Assembly (NCBI GenBank): GCA_048128005.1
Contig: JBEUKZ010000062.1
Location: 62,001-126,000 of the forward strand
From: Veleropilina oligotropha
Lineage: Eukaryota
Direction: 5' to 3'
DNA: 64,000 nt
Numbering within the stretch: the stretch's first letter is position 1; every line of letters starts with the position of its first letter. Positions 33,513 through 43,614 of the stretch are shown here, in pieces. The notes beneath the pieces are model-generated. The model saw only the letters and a list, made by a program, of their open reading frames with translations. It had not been told where the DNA came from and made no database searches. The position numbers and the translations under genes were made by a program.

Positions 33513-36500
33513 ATGTCGACTATGGATGACTATATAGACCAACTGCTCGCAGACATGCAGGCATCTGAAACTCTCCGGGACGTGGTTCAGAATATTCTAG
33601 ACGAACCAATCCCGGAAGACGTGAAGGAGCGCTTGTTGAAGCCTCTGGTCCCATCCAAGGATCCCCAAACGGAGAGAAAGCGGAAAGCCATTGTTGAGGA
33701 ATTTGACCCAATCCCCCTCTCCAAAAAGCCCCGGACAGCCCAGGACTACCAGAATGATCTACTAGTGCTGTTTACCACAACAGAGGGGCAACGATTCATC
33801 GACCTGGATGACCAGGTCCCTCCCCCAGTAAGGCTCCCAGCAAAAGAGCCGTGGGTGGAACTCTTGAGCGACGCCAAAGACGAGTTTGAGGTCGATGGCG
33901 CCGTGGCGGCCTTCTCCACATGGAGGATAGAAGTGGCTGGACGGCTGGCCCTGGATGCCCGTATGACAGATGCAAGGGCGGCACAGCTCCTCACAGCCCT
34001 TCCCAAGGGTGAGTTTCTCCTGAGGATAAAGTTCTTGCGGGAGTGGGGTGAAGGCGACTGGGTGGTCGAAGACAAGTTTGACCCGGTGAAGGCTGCGAGG
34101 AAGAAGGGCCAGGGTGTCGTTGAGATCTCTCAGGACACTAAGCCAGGTGCTATCACTGGGGTCGACAAAGCCTACTACGAGAATGCCTACCCGGTTACTG
34201 CAGTCGTCTACGGCCTCTACCCTCTCAGAGAACCAAACCCAGCCAACCTGGTTCCAATGAAGAACGGCGATCTCAACTGCGTTGCCCAGAGAGTGGTTGA
34301 GCACTTCGAAGGTGCCCCGAGAGGAAACGGACTCACCCCGATAAGGCGGCAGAAAATACAGGAGTGGGAGGCGCGAGTTCATGTAACAGGCGCCACTGTG
34401 GATGATATATCCATCCTCGAGAAGATACTGAAACGGGCGATCATCGTGCGAGACATCGCAGGTGCCGACATCTACAACAGTGGTAAATACCGCGGTCAAG
34501 GAAACCATACATTCAGACAAGTAGAACTCATCTGTCACAACGGCCACGCCTGGTCCAAGGACCTACACTTCCCGCAGTCTCGCGAGGTCAACATCTACGA
34601 GGGCGATGTCTGGGAAGCTATCCGACAAGCCACACGTAACGAGCCATTGGCTGTCTGGCTCCTTGGCGGTACAGACCGACAGCTCAACGTGAACCAGTTC
34701 GTGCTTCAGGACGGCCGCACTTACCGGACAAAAGAGGCTCACGAGAGACTCCAAGAAGCCTGTAAGGCTCTGGGGAATGAGTCTCTCGCCGATCGAGCCT
34801 TTGGTGAGAACCATGCAGCTAGCATTATGGCCAAAGAGAACAACGGCTGGAGACCTACCCCAGCGGGCCTGCTCGATGATATCCAGAAGGCCTGCGTAGA
34901 GCATGGCCATGGTGGCCTGTGGAATTCCATGAACTACGATACGGGCGATGTCTGCTGCATTGACATGAAAGCCTGCTACCCTGCCAGCTTTCTGGGGAAG
35001 GGCGAGGCTAAGCCGCACTTCGAAAGATTCGGGCACCCAACCCACAGCATGACCCGGGTCGCAATTAACGGTCCTCTACCCCGAGAAATCGGTACCGGGT
35101 TTGCCGAGGTCGTGGAATGGGAGTTCGCACAAGATATCCACCCCGTCATTCCCGCCTGGTTCGAAAAGCACTTTGCAGAGAATGGATGGGCCCCGACGCC
35201 TCTGCTCGCCTTCCTCATAGAATCTGGACTGCTAAAAAGCCTCAAGATCCGAGAAGCCATCATCGCGTTCAGAAAGCAAACCGATGTCTGGCTTCCTGAG
35301 AATCGTGACCAGGGATGCCGTATTATCGGCAAATTCACCCAAGGCGCCAAGGCTGACGGCAAAAGATTGACCCGTAGACTGGTGATTGACCAGGGAGAGC
35401 TTGACTTCCTCGTAAGAGACACCCGCCAAAGCGGTACCCTGGTCGGCGCACCTCAGAGATGCCCCCTCGGTCACATCCTCACGTACTATGATGGCTCCCA
35501 GCCTCAGTACGCCCACCTGAGGGCCAGCATGTTGGCCTATGCCCACATAAACCTCTTGAGCATGGTCCAGCGTTTCAGTGCAGCAGAAGCCGTCTGGGTA
35601 GCCACTGACAGCATCTACCTCAAGAAGGCCTCGTTGGAGAAGCTCGACGATGTCGCGGTGTACGTTGCCCCACAGCTCTGCGACTGTGGCGATAAATCGT
35701 GCATCTCCTGTCTGATCGGGGAGACGTACCTTCCGCCAGTAGCACCGGCCCAGTGGCGTGACAAGGGGGAACAGCTTTACCTGCCACAGGAACATGCCGC
35801 ATACCTGCCCAAGCCAGAGTATTGTTGTGCCGCCAATTCCAGCCAGCCAAGCACCGCGCCTTGCTACAATGACACGCTGACCCACCATCGCCTGAGTTAC
35901 CTCAATGGTGGAGGGGGCTGTGGCAAGACTACGAGAGCGATCGAGCTCTTCCGGGCAAGGAATCCCATTGTATTCACGCCAACCCACCGCCTCGCTAAAG
36001 AGATGCGAACCAGAGGCGTCAAAGCCCAGACCTACCACAGTTTCTTCCGATGGAGCGGCCAGACTGACTGGACACCCGACCGCATGGGTCAGAAGTTCAT
36101 CCCCCGCGTCATTATCTGGGACGAGGTCTGTACTGTTCCCCGGCCTATCCTCGAGATGTTCTTGGACTGGCTGGGCCACCACGAAGTTCAGGTTATCTGC
36201 TGTGGCGATCAGGGCCAGCCACCACCGATTACGGGCGAGATGCCGCACGATTGGCTGCGACAGACCGCGGACTACTATGAGGAGATCGAAGTAGACTACA
36301 GGGCGAAAGACGACCCTGCCCTCCAAGCCCTGAAAAGACGTATACGTCTCCAGCCCGACAAAATCCAGTGCGGGGAAATGCGTAAGAGTCTCCCCAGCTG
36401 CCTTGGATGGGATCGGTTTGTCAACACCTGGAGGCCAGGCGACCTAATCCTCACCAGCCGTCAGAAGGTCCGCGAACGGGCTCAACAGCTGTTGCTCCAG

Positions 36501-37184
36501 AGGCACAAGGAGCACTTCCCAGACTCCCCGGTACCTATCCTTTATCACCCCAGGGACACCCGTAAGCAAAATATCATGGTAACCATTCCGGGCACCGATG
36601 AAAGAGAGGAGCTAGTTCTCAACGACGTCGTTGAGGTCACGATTGAGGCCGCTGAGCAGGCTATCCTGACCCCGGATTGGCGCCTGGGCTATGCTCTCAC
36701 CATCCATTCGAGCCAGGGTCTTACCATTCACGACCCACAGAAAGTCTGGATCATCGACGACTACCTTCAGTGGAGTAATCTCGCCTACCTAGCCGTTTCC
36801 CGGGTGGAGTATCTGCATCAGCTCGAGCGGGTAACCTGTCCTCCAGATGAGGGTTCTGAGGACAGGCCGCCCCAAGCGCAGCAGAGCAAGCAGCAGCTCC
36901 GAAAAGCCATCCAGAGGAAGCTCGTGGCATACATGCGCCAGGACCAGGCAAAGGGACTCCCGGGGTTTAACCTCAAGGTCGACGACATCCTGCGGCTCAG
37001 AGAGGCCCAAAACAACCGATGCGCAGCATGTAACATAGAGCTGTTCTGGGCCTACCAGCCCAAAGACACACAGCAGTTCAGTGTCGACCGTGTGGACAAC
37101 CGCAGGGGCCACACCCGTGACAACGTGCGCTTAACGTGTCTGGAATGTAACCGAAAACGAGGATTTGCGGTTGTTAATGCCTGA
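33513..37184 (+). CDS. Divergent family B DNA polymerase fused to an SF1 helicase and a C-terminal HNH-like domain (copy C)
   Basis: PolB-like IDMKACYP, IIGKF, VATDSIY; SF1 GGGGCGKT, IWDE, CGDQGQPPPI, YALTIHSSQG, YLAVSR; CAAC...SVDRVDNRRGHTRDNVRLTCLECN. Confidence 0.85.
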   Translation: MSTMDDYIDQLLADMQASETLRDVVQNILDEPIPEDVKERLLKPLVPSKDPQTERKRKAIVEEFDPIPLSKKPRTAQDYQNDLLVLFTTTEGQRFIDLDDQVPPPVRLPAKEPWVELLSDAKDEFEVDGAVAAFSTWRIEVAGRLALDARMTDARAAQLLTALPKGEFLLRIKFLREWGEGDWVVEDKFDPVKAARKKGQGVVEISQDTKPGAITGVDKAYYENAYPVTAVVYGLYPLREPNPANLVPMKNGDLNCVAQRVVEHFEGAPRGNGLTPIRRQKIQEWEARVHVTGATVDDISILEKILKRAIIVRDIAGADIYNSGKYRGQGNHTFRQVELICHNGHAWSKDLHFPQSREVNIYEGDVWEAIRQATRNEPLAVWLLGGTDRQLNVNQFVLQDGRTYRTKEAHERLQEACKALGNESLADRAFGENHAASIMAKENNGWRPTPAGLLDDIQKACVEHGHGGLWNSMNYDTGDVCCIDMKACYPASFLGKGEAKPHFERFGHPTHSMTRVAINGPLPREIGTGFAEVVEWEFAQDIHPVIPAWFEKHFAENGWAPTPLLAFLIESGLLKSLKIREAIIAFRKQTDVWLPENRDQGCRIIGKFTQGAKADGKRLTRRLVIDQGELDFLVRDTRQSGTLVGAPQRCPLGHILTYYDGSQPQYAHLRASMLAYAHINLLSMVQRFSAAEAVWVATDSIYLKKASLEKLDDVAVYVAPQLCDCGDKSCISCLIGETYLPPVAPAQWRDKGEQLYLPQEHAAYLPKPEYCCAANSSQPSTAPCYNDTLTHHRLSYLNGGGGCGKTTRAIELFRARNPIVFTPTHRLAKEMRTRGVKAQTYHSFFRWSGQTDWTPDRMGQKFIPRVIIWDEVCTVPRPILEMFLDWLGHHEVQVICCGDQGQPPPITGEMPHDWLRQTADYYEEIEVDYRAKDDPALQALKRRIRLQPDKIQCGEMRKSLPSCLGWDRFVNTWRPGDLILTSRQKVRERAQQLLLQRHKEHFPDSPVPILYHPRDTRKQNIMVTIPGTDEREELVLNDVVEVTIEAAEQAILTPDWRLGYALTIHSSQGLTIHDPQKVWIIDDYLQWSNLAYLAVSRVEYLHQLERVTCPPDEGSEDRPPQAQQSKQQLRKAIQRKLVAYMRQDQAKGLPGFNLKVDDILRLREAQNNRCAACNIELFWAYQPKDTQQFSVDRVDNRRGHTRDNVRLTCLECNRKRGFAVVNA

Positions 37185-38178
37185 GAACCGGCGGCAGCTG
37201 GGTATCACGAGGCACCACGAGCAGTTCCTCACGAACGAAGCCACGCGGTGGTCCATCCAGCAAGTAGTAGAGCACAGGCTCGTCAGGCTTAGTGACGGAG
37301 CGTCCAAGCCTGTAAACTTTTAGAGACCACACCGGGTCAGTAGCACGGCGATGACCCCCCTCCAGCTCACCATCGTAGTAAAGGTAGCGAACATCTACGT
37401 CAGAGGGGAGTTTCTGTTCCTTCCCCTGTCGGCCTGGAACAGTGGCGCCTGGCTTTTGGGCAACGCGAGGTGCCTTGATGGCGTCCTTGGGCTTTTTACC
37501 GGTCAGCCTGGTCACTTCCCCATTCAAGGCCGCAACTACAGCTGCTAACCGGGCGACCCACTCAGTTGACCTTTGACCCTCTTTCGCAGACTCTGCAAAC
37601 CGCATCTCTGTTGCATACTGGTGCCCGAAGAGCCGCTCAGCGAGCGTCCGGTTGAAGCGCTCCACAATGCCCTGATCGCGATGGATATCCACCCGGCCAC
37701 GCCTAACCTCGACGTTATTCTTTGCCAGCAGCTGGGAAACCGCGCCCATAAACTCTCGCCCTGGATCGACTTGAAGCAGTTTCGGCCAGCCAAGAGGACT
37801 CCACCTGTAGATACGGGCTAGTGCTTCAGCAACCCCTTTGGCCTCTTTTGTGACCAGAGGCTCAGCCTCTTTAAAGCGACTGGCCACATCAACCACAGTC
37901 AAAGCGTACTTGTACGTTTTACGGCCGACCTTGTCATGGGGCAGAAACAGGAGATCGGCTTGGTGAACCTCGTTCGGCGTCGTAACGTCAAACCGTGGTC
38001 TTGGAATCCGCCGTGGCGCAGGTAAATAGATCTGCCATATAGCCTGCCTCTTAAGCCATGTCCGGGCCTCCACTTCAGACGCCTTGGCAGCCTCAGCTAG
38101 TTTCTTTATCGCGGCAATGCCTTTCCAGTAGCCCTTAGGGCTGTAGTATATCCTCGCAAGCTTACTATCCATCAGCAA
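37174..38178 (-). CDS. Retroviral-like (rve) DDE integrase (copy C)
   Basis: HQADL, VVDVASRF, VDPGREF, VERFNRTL. Confidence 0.92.
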   Translation of the reverse strand: MLMDSKLARIYYSPKGYWKGIAAIKKLAEAAKASEVEARTWLKRQAIWQIYLPAPRRIPRPRFDVTTPNEVHQADLLFLPHDKVGRKTYKYALTVVDVASRFKEAEPLVTKEAKGVAEALARIYRWSPLGWPKLLQVDPGREFMGAVSQLLAKNNVEVRRGRVDIHRDQGIVERFNRTLAERLFGHQYATEMRFAESAKEGQRSTEWVARLAAVVAALNGEVTRLTGKKPKDAIKAPRVAQKPGATVPGRQGKEQKLPSDVDVRYLYYDGELEGGHRRATDPVWSLKVYRLGRSVTKPDEPVLYYLLDGPPRGFVREELLVVPRDTQLPPVLRH

Positions 38179-38401
38179 TGTATTCCAGTAAACTGATCAG
38201 TCTCCAACAGGCTTCAGCTTCTGGAGCCGGTCGCTGCGCAGTGGTCACCCGTAGGTTGGTCGGGCCCGAGAGCACCAGGACCGCGAACCGCACCATAGTC
38301 TTTTCGTCGCGGCGCCAGCAGTCGAGTAACGTAGTACTATAGCCGACCGCAAGCATAGCGCAGTACAGCTCTTCTGGGAGCCCCATTATTATACCTGGCA
38401 C
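38165..38401 (-). CDS. Small hypothetical protein (copy C; homolog near 26200-26490 in B)
   Basis: MGLPEELYCAMLAV conserved in B with in-frame indel. Confidence 0.5.
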   Translation of the reverse strand: MPGIIMGLPEELYCAMLAVGYSTTLLDCWRRDEKTMVRFAVLVLSGPTNLRVTTAQRPAPEAEACWRLISLLEYIADG

Positions 38402-38427
38402 ACGAAAAAAATGTCCACTGGAAATAA

Positions 38428-38859
38428 TTAGGCGAGCTTGTAGGCGACCAACCCGGTCGCAGCCATCCCCAGGATGATGAAGGTGATCTCACGTCCCTTC
38501 TGGCCATCGCTCGGTGTGTAGTAGTCAGACAGCTGGGGCTCAGGGCCACCTCCTATAGCGGTGGGGTCAAGGTTCTTGCCGGTGATCAATGCATACTCAC
38601 GGATCGCGGCGTCAACATCCCGGAATGTGCCAACGGCATGACCCTGGCGGCGAAGTTCAACGTTCAGCCAGTCGAGACGCTCTGCCCTCTGTTGTGACCA
38701 TTTAGTCTGAGCAGCGTTGAGCTGTTCTACAGCAATGTCGTGGCGTTTACGCTCCGCATCGACACCGGAGCTGCGTAGCTTCGAGAAGAGGAAGTTCGAG
38801 CCGCTGAAGGCGAGGGCGTTGACGAGAGCGCCCCCAACCAGCATCGCAATGGAAGCCAT
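38428..38859 (-). CDS. Small membrane protein with N- and C-terminal hydrophobic segments (copy C)
   Basis: 143 aa; MASIAMLVGGALVNALAFSG ... ITFIILGMAATGLVAYKLA. Confidence 0.7.
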   Translation of the reverse strand: MASIAMLVGGALVNALAFSGSNFLFSKLRSSGVDAERKRHDIAVEQLNAAQTKWSQQRAERLDWLNVELRRQGHAVGTFRDVDAAIREYALITGKNLDPTAIGGGPEPQLSDYYTPSDGQKGREITFIILGMAATGLVAYKLA

Positions 38860-38890
38860 TGAAATGCTGCGATTATCTAGCAAGGTCCCA

Positions 38891-39130
38891 CTACTTCAAT
38901 ATATCGGCCGGAATGATGCCTTGCTTGATCAGCATGTCTTTCGTCGCCATGGCGAGCGCTACGTCGAGGACGACCATCCCGACATCGTAGCCCGTGAAGT
39001 CCAGTTTGGGGCTCGCTCCCTTGAATACCATCTTTGTCAGGCGTGCATAGCCAATGGCGAGGCCTGACACTATAGCGGCGTGGTATACAGCGTTGCCGAG
39101 CATCTTTCCATCAGTGATTGGGGTAGTCAT
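38891..39130 (-). CDS. Small hydrophobic protein, 79 aa (copy C)
   Basis: Conserved with 25463-25702. Confidence 0.7.
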   Translation of the reverse strand: MTTPITDGKMLGNAVYHAAIVSGLAIGYARLTKMVFKGASPKLDFTGYDVGMVVLDVALAMATKDMLIKQGIIPADILK

Positions 39131-39155
39131 AACTGTTGATTAGTACCGTTTGCGA

Positions 39156-39647
39156 CTATTGCATATGAAAAGGGTTCTGCTTCTTCAATTCGATAGTGGG
39201 GGCGGCCCGAGGCTGCCTAGCGTCCGCGTCTGGTGGCTGTTGATGTGGTGTGGATGGACCAGGGTTGCTGCGTTCTGAGGACGTCTTCCAGACAACAAAT
39301 ACCAACGCAACCGTACCGGCAGCGACGGCTACCTGGGTCCAATTAAATAGGTCCGATTTCCGTGTATCTGGCGCACGCGGTCTTTCTGCGGCTGGAACCG
39401 CCTCCCCGGGCTGTTCTGATGGAACGACAACACTTGTTGGGGCACTCAGGTCTTCTTTCATTTTTCGAACCGCGGCCAGTAGCTTCTCCTGCTTGGCTTT
39501 TCGAGCAGCAGCGCCGGCCCTCCCTGCAGCCACTTTTTTCGGGTCCTTTTTACTCACTGATGAGTCCGTCGAAGAGGTCACCCTCTCTATCGGCTGGCTC
39601 TCGATCGGCTGGCTCTCGATCACTTGGTCCACTTCTGGCGTTGTCAT
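39156..39647 (-). CDS. Basic protein with one TM (copy C)
   Basis: KKDPKKVAAGRAGAAARK; VAVAAGTVALVFVVW. Confidence 0.65.
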   Translation of the reverse strand: MTTPEVDQVIESQPIESQPIERVTSSTDSSVSKKDPKKVAAGRAGAAARKAKQEKLLAAVRKMKEDLSAPTSVVVPSEQPGEAVPAAERPRAPDTRKSDLFNWTQVAVAAGTVALVFVVWKTSSERSNPGPSTPHQQPPDADARQPRAAPTIELKKQNPFHMQ

Positions 39648-40317
39648 CTTGATCTCGCCCTCGCTCTGGTATCTCAGGCGGGCAAACATGTCCAAATTGG
39701 CAGTGCTTAGCCGTGGTCAACGCTGCGGTCAGCGGTGCGAGGTACATGCCATATTTATAATACAGCTCACAGCTTGCAGTGGTCAGGGCATGTGAGATGA
39801 ACGGGTCGGCCTCCAGGTCGGCGATCAGTCGTAGCTGGTTTGCTGGTGGAATGGGCAGGAACATCCCAGCTGCCCCCGCGTAGAGATGAATAGCTGAAGT
39901 CCCCAGAGTCTTCGTCACATCGGCACCGAGTTTCGCTTCATACCTCGCGTGGTGCTTTTCGACCTCGTCGTCAGTCATGTCGTTTATCCGGTCGACTGTG
40001 AGGTTACGCCCCATGTATCGGTGGGCCTGTCCTCCAACGGCTAAGGCTGCAAGCCTCTCACGCTTTGCCGCGCAAACGGAACTTGCGACTCCACTGTTAC
40101 TGACAGGTTCCTTGCCATCGGGAGTCAAGCGACAGCTGTTGATGGTCGTTTCTTGTTCGTCATCCATGAGTTGATCGATGAGGCTGTCCATCCTGAAGCG
40201 TTTCCAACATCGCCTCACCGGTCTAATATAACTGTAAATCCAATACCACAATGTAGCGAGTAGGAGCAAGATCAGGCTCTGGCTGAAAGCAAAAGCTAGA
40301 TATACAGCGTCCGACAT
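39550..40317 (-). CDS. Hypothetical protein with N-terminal TM (copy C)
   Basis: Homolog of 24286-24942; reads through where B has TGA. Confidence 0.6.
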   Translation of the reverse strand: MSDAVYLAFAFSQSLILLLLATLWYWIYSYIRPVRRCWKRFRMDSLIDQLMDDEQETTINSCRLTPDGKEPVSNSGVASSVCAAKRERLAALAVGGQAHRYMGRNLTVDRINDMTDDEVEKHHARYEAKLGADVTKTLGTSAIHLYAGAAGMFLPIPPANQLRLIADLEADPFISHALTTASCELYYKYGMYLAPLTAALTTAKHCQFGHVCPPEIPERGRDQDDNARSGPSDREPADREPADREGDLFDGLISE

Positions 40318-40358
40318 GCGAGAGCTTGCTGGGCAGCTACTTAGCATCTGCTGGGTAG

Positions 40359-40991
40359 CTATAGCACACTATAAGCAACGGGCTGATCAGTTTTCAACAG
40401 AAGCTTAGCGTGTCGTGTCTCAGCCAACAGCCGGCGAACCTCGGTCCGTTCATCCTGCGACGGGATTACATCGTTCTCGCGCAGACAGTCCTCGAAACTG
40501 TCGCGGTCCTTGCAATGGAACAGCGCGACCCAGCGGGTCTGCTCTCTGAGCTCCTTCAAGACCGAGTTGTACTTTTCCGTCACTACCCATACGCTCTGGG
40601 AAGCATGCCTGCCGCTGAAGGCCAACAAAGTCAGCATGTCCCGTTTTTTGGCGAGGGCTTTGCTGGCGGCGCAGTCGTCGATTATGTACAGAGTCGACTC
40701 CCCCTGAAACAGCCGGTAGAACCCCCGCAGCCAGTCATGGAGTCGCTCACCCGGGGGGACTAAATACACCTCAGGGTTGGTCCAGATCCACGGACAAGAC
40801 TGGTATGCCTTGTTGAACTTGATCGTGGGGCAGAGGATCACGATATGCCGGAAGACGCCTCGATACTCCTCTTCCAGCAGTTCAAGCATGAAAACCGTCT
40901 TCCCACAACCGGTCTGGCCGCAGATGATTGCGGAGTGGGGGTCCTTGGTGTGCGGAAATCGTTTAGTACAGTGCTTCGACGAATCGGCCAT
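40359..40991 (-). CDS. A32/FtsK-like DNA packaging ATPase (copy C)
   Basis: 210 aa; GQTGCGKT, YIIDD, SGRH. Confidence 0.88.
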   Translation of the reverse strand: MADSSKHCTKRFPHTKDPHSAIICGQTGCGKTVFMLELLEEEYRGVFRHIVILCPTIKFNKAYQSCPWIWTNPEVYLVPPGERLHDWLRGFYRLFQGESTLYIIDDCAASKALAKKRDMLTLLAFSGRHASQSVWVVTEKYNSVLKELREQTRWVALFHCKDRDSFEDCLRENDVIPSQDERTEVRRLLAETRHAKLLLKTDQPVAYSVL

Positions 40992-42264
40992 TCTCGATAT
41001 TCAGCTGTGCGTCCATGATCACGAACTCGTAGACGTTCAGTGGACCGGCCGCTTCGGCTGTTTTAGTGATCTGAATAGTAATGCCTTCGCTGGCGTTCTC
41101 GACCCTCCGGCCTGACCCGTGCAACTGATCGTCGTCAGTTACCCGCATATCGATCCAGAGCGCAAATTTCTTAGTCAGAAATTCGCCCAGGGTGACGTCT
41201 GCCATCTCCAAGTCCTTTGCGACCATCGCGACCTCAGGATGCCGCTTGCTGCTGCCGGAGGCGAACATTTTCTTGGCTTCTTCCCAGATCTGGTATGTTC
41301 GCATGCCCTGGCTGTAGATTTGATTCGGGACACCCTCGATTGTGACCTCGACCTTTGTGATCTTCGGATTATAGAAGGCCTCAGTATCGCGAGAGAATGG
41401 CGCGGCGTCTCTCGCAGGGTCCTCGAACAACAGTAGTATTCCTTTCATCGACCTCGCCGGTACGTTCACATTCATATTCCACAACGAGTCGCTCTTGTCT
41501 AGGGTGAGCTTCCGATGCCGGAGAACATGGTCGTACAGGATTACGAGTTGACCCTGGTATTGATTTCGAATCCGTCTGGCAAGCTCGGATTGGGTTACCA
41601 TGTCATATTCGAGGGATATATTGTCGATGGAATAGCCTGAACCGGAGTCGTCCGTATCCCGGATAGTCCGGGAGTAGTCATTGAACGTTAGCTCATACTC
41701 GAGACGGTCTCCAAGGGCGCTTTGATAGAATGGCATGTGACTTTCCAACAGCTCGAAATCCAGCGGGATGCGGAATCGGTTACCGTACGCGGCCGCGACC
41801 GCGACATCCTCAGACAGTCTGAAGGCGTCTGCCGCACCAACACGATGCTTCGTAGTGTTGTGTCCATCGCTGGTATCAATCCCCTGGTACTGGGCGTTCT
41901 TGCGCTCCCCTGTGGTCTTCCAGAGATCACAGTAGCAGTGGTACACGTCGGAGTCGTCAATCGACATGATCTCGTTTCCACTTATCTTTATCGTGGTCTT
42001 TCTGATCACGGCACGGCCGATATTTTGCACTACAGTCCTATTCGCATTTACCGAGGTCAGAGAGATGGTAAATGCAAGGTGGGCAGTCCCTGGAACGATC
42101 ACGTCATTCGCCCCGAGATTAGGGAACCGAACCAGGAGCTGCTGGTTCGGGGCAATCGTTGATGGATTGTTTGTAATCGTGACCGACTGGCGGATGCCCT
42201 TGACCGCGAGGGGCTCACGCAGTCTGCGGTATGGATTAAGCTTGCGTCCGTATACGCTGGTCAT
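40963..42264 (-). CDS. Major capsid protein, double jelly-roll (copy C)
   Basis: 433 aa from MTSVYGR; homolog of 22369-23673. Confidence 0.75.
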   Translation of the reverse strand: MTSVYGRKLNPYRRLREPLAVKGIRQSVTITNNPSTIAPNQQLLVRFPNLGANDVIVPGTAHLAFTISLTSVNANRTVVQNIGRAVIRKTTIKISGNEIMSIDDSDVYHCYCDLWKTTGERKNAQYQGIDTSDGHNTTKHRVGAADAFRLSEDVAVAAAYGNRFRIPLDFELLESHMPFYQSALGDRLEYELTFNDYSRTIRDTDDSGSGYSIDNISLEYDMVTQSELARRIRNQYQGQLVILYDHVLRHRKLTLDKSDSLWNMNVNVPARSMKGILLLFEDPARDAAPFSRDTEAFYNPKITKVEVTIEGVPNQIYSQGMRTYQIWEEAKKMFASGSSKRHPEVAMVAKDLEMADVTLGEFLTKKFALWIDMRVTDDDQLHGSGRRVENASEGITIQITKTAEAAGPLNVYEFVIMDAQLNIENGRFVEALY

Positions 42265-42300
42265 GGCGGAATTAGATGCGTATCCCACTGATGTATTCAA

Positions 42301-43614
42301 ATGGCGGAATTCGAGAACCCCGCATTCGAGCCTGACGATCTCATCGACAACGATGATACCATCGTCGACGATATTGATGTGGATAGATCCACCGACCGGT
42401 TTATGCCTGTTCTTTCGGAACGGCCACAGGAAGGAACCAGCAGTCTTCAGCATGAGCTCGTTCAGGGCGTGGTTGACGACTACTACAAAGCCCTGGCACA
42501 GGAGGGGCAGACCCCAGCCACGGGGCGAGATTATTCAAAATTCAAGTATGTGAGGGGAAAATTAGGGAGGGGGGGGAAATTGGTGATGACGGACTACCCC
42601 GACATCAATCTCATAAATTCTCGCACCGGCAACCCCTTGGCATTGTCAACAATAGCTGGCCGGCCTGGTGGGGGTGATGCAATCCGTGAAGGGTTGGGTT
42701 TTGTACACTGGACGCGGGGGAAAAAAAAGCCGGCCTCAAAAGCGGTTGCAGCTCTTCAGACAGCCGACAACGAGTTGAGCGGTGCGGCCGCTAATGTCGA
42801 AAACGTAGAACTGCGGGACTTGGGGCTGACTGCTACTGATGCCTCGGTAGCAATCCACACGATGGAGACGAAATTCACTGATACCGAGGTTGAAGAGATC
42901 TTAGGCACAATGGGGGACCCTCCATTAAATCTTCGTGAGCTTCGCGGACTTGACAAGGCGATGCAGACCATCCGAGGCGAACTAACCAACAATCTAGCCA
43001 AACTAACGGCGCTGGACGAACACATAGAGCTGGAGAAGATGAAGCTCGATCAGGCAGATGAAGAGGGCGGTGTGGATGAGTTTATTCGTCGACGGATCGC
43101 GGAACGTCTGCGCAACTTAAACGATGAACGAGCAGCTCGCCTAGAGGCAGCCTCATCAAGCTGGGACGCCCTTCGCTCTCAAATCAGCCGGATCCGAGAG
43201 ATGATAAGTCGGATCCTGAACACCGACACAACGCTGGCCGATCGTATCCGGACCCTGTTCCGCGAGCAAGGGGTCACGATCGCAACAATACTGACCGCTA
43301 TCGGGCTCGCCATCTCGACTTTGGTACTAGCCCTGACAGGCGGAGCGCCGAGCATACCACCAACACCACCACCTCCCAGTGGTCAGGGCGGGGTCAAGGA
43401 GTGGGTCAAAAAGCAGCTGCAGAACCTGGGTCGGATTCTAGGCAAGCTAGCAGGGCAGGCCGCAGCCGCGCTCCCAGGAATACTTGGAAGCCTGGTCTCC
43501 TGGCTAATCAACCTGATTGGCAAGACAGCATCGTGGCTCGCTGAAAACCTATGGGCACTGGTCATATCAGTTGGGGGCTTGCTTCTTATTGCCGCTAGAC
43601 AGTGGGTCACGTAA
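42301..43614 (+). CDS. Coiled-coil membrane protein (copy C)
   Basis: 437 aa; homolog of 167-1468. Confidence 0.8.
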   Translation: MAEFENPAFEPDDLIDNDDTIVDDIDVDRSTDRFMPVLSERPQEGTSSLQHELVQGVVDDYYKALAQEGQTPATGRDYSKFKYVRGKLGRGGKLVMTDYPDINLINSRTGNPLALSTIAGRPGGGDAIREGLGFVHWTRGKKKPASKAVAALQTADNELSGAAANVENVELRDLGLTATDASVAIHTMETKFTDTEVEEILGTMGDPPLNLRELRGLDKAMQTIRGELTNNLAKLTALDEHIELEKMKLDQADEEGGVDEFIRRRIAERLRNLNDERAARLEAASSSWDALRSQISRIREMISRILNTDTTLADRIRTLFREQGVTIATILTAIGLAISTLVLALTGGAPSIPPTPPPPSGQGGVKEWVKKQLQNLGRILGKLAGQAAAALPGILGSLVSWLINLIGKTASWLAENLWALVISVGGLLLIAARQWVT

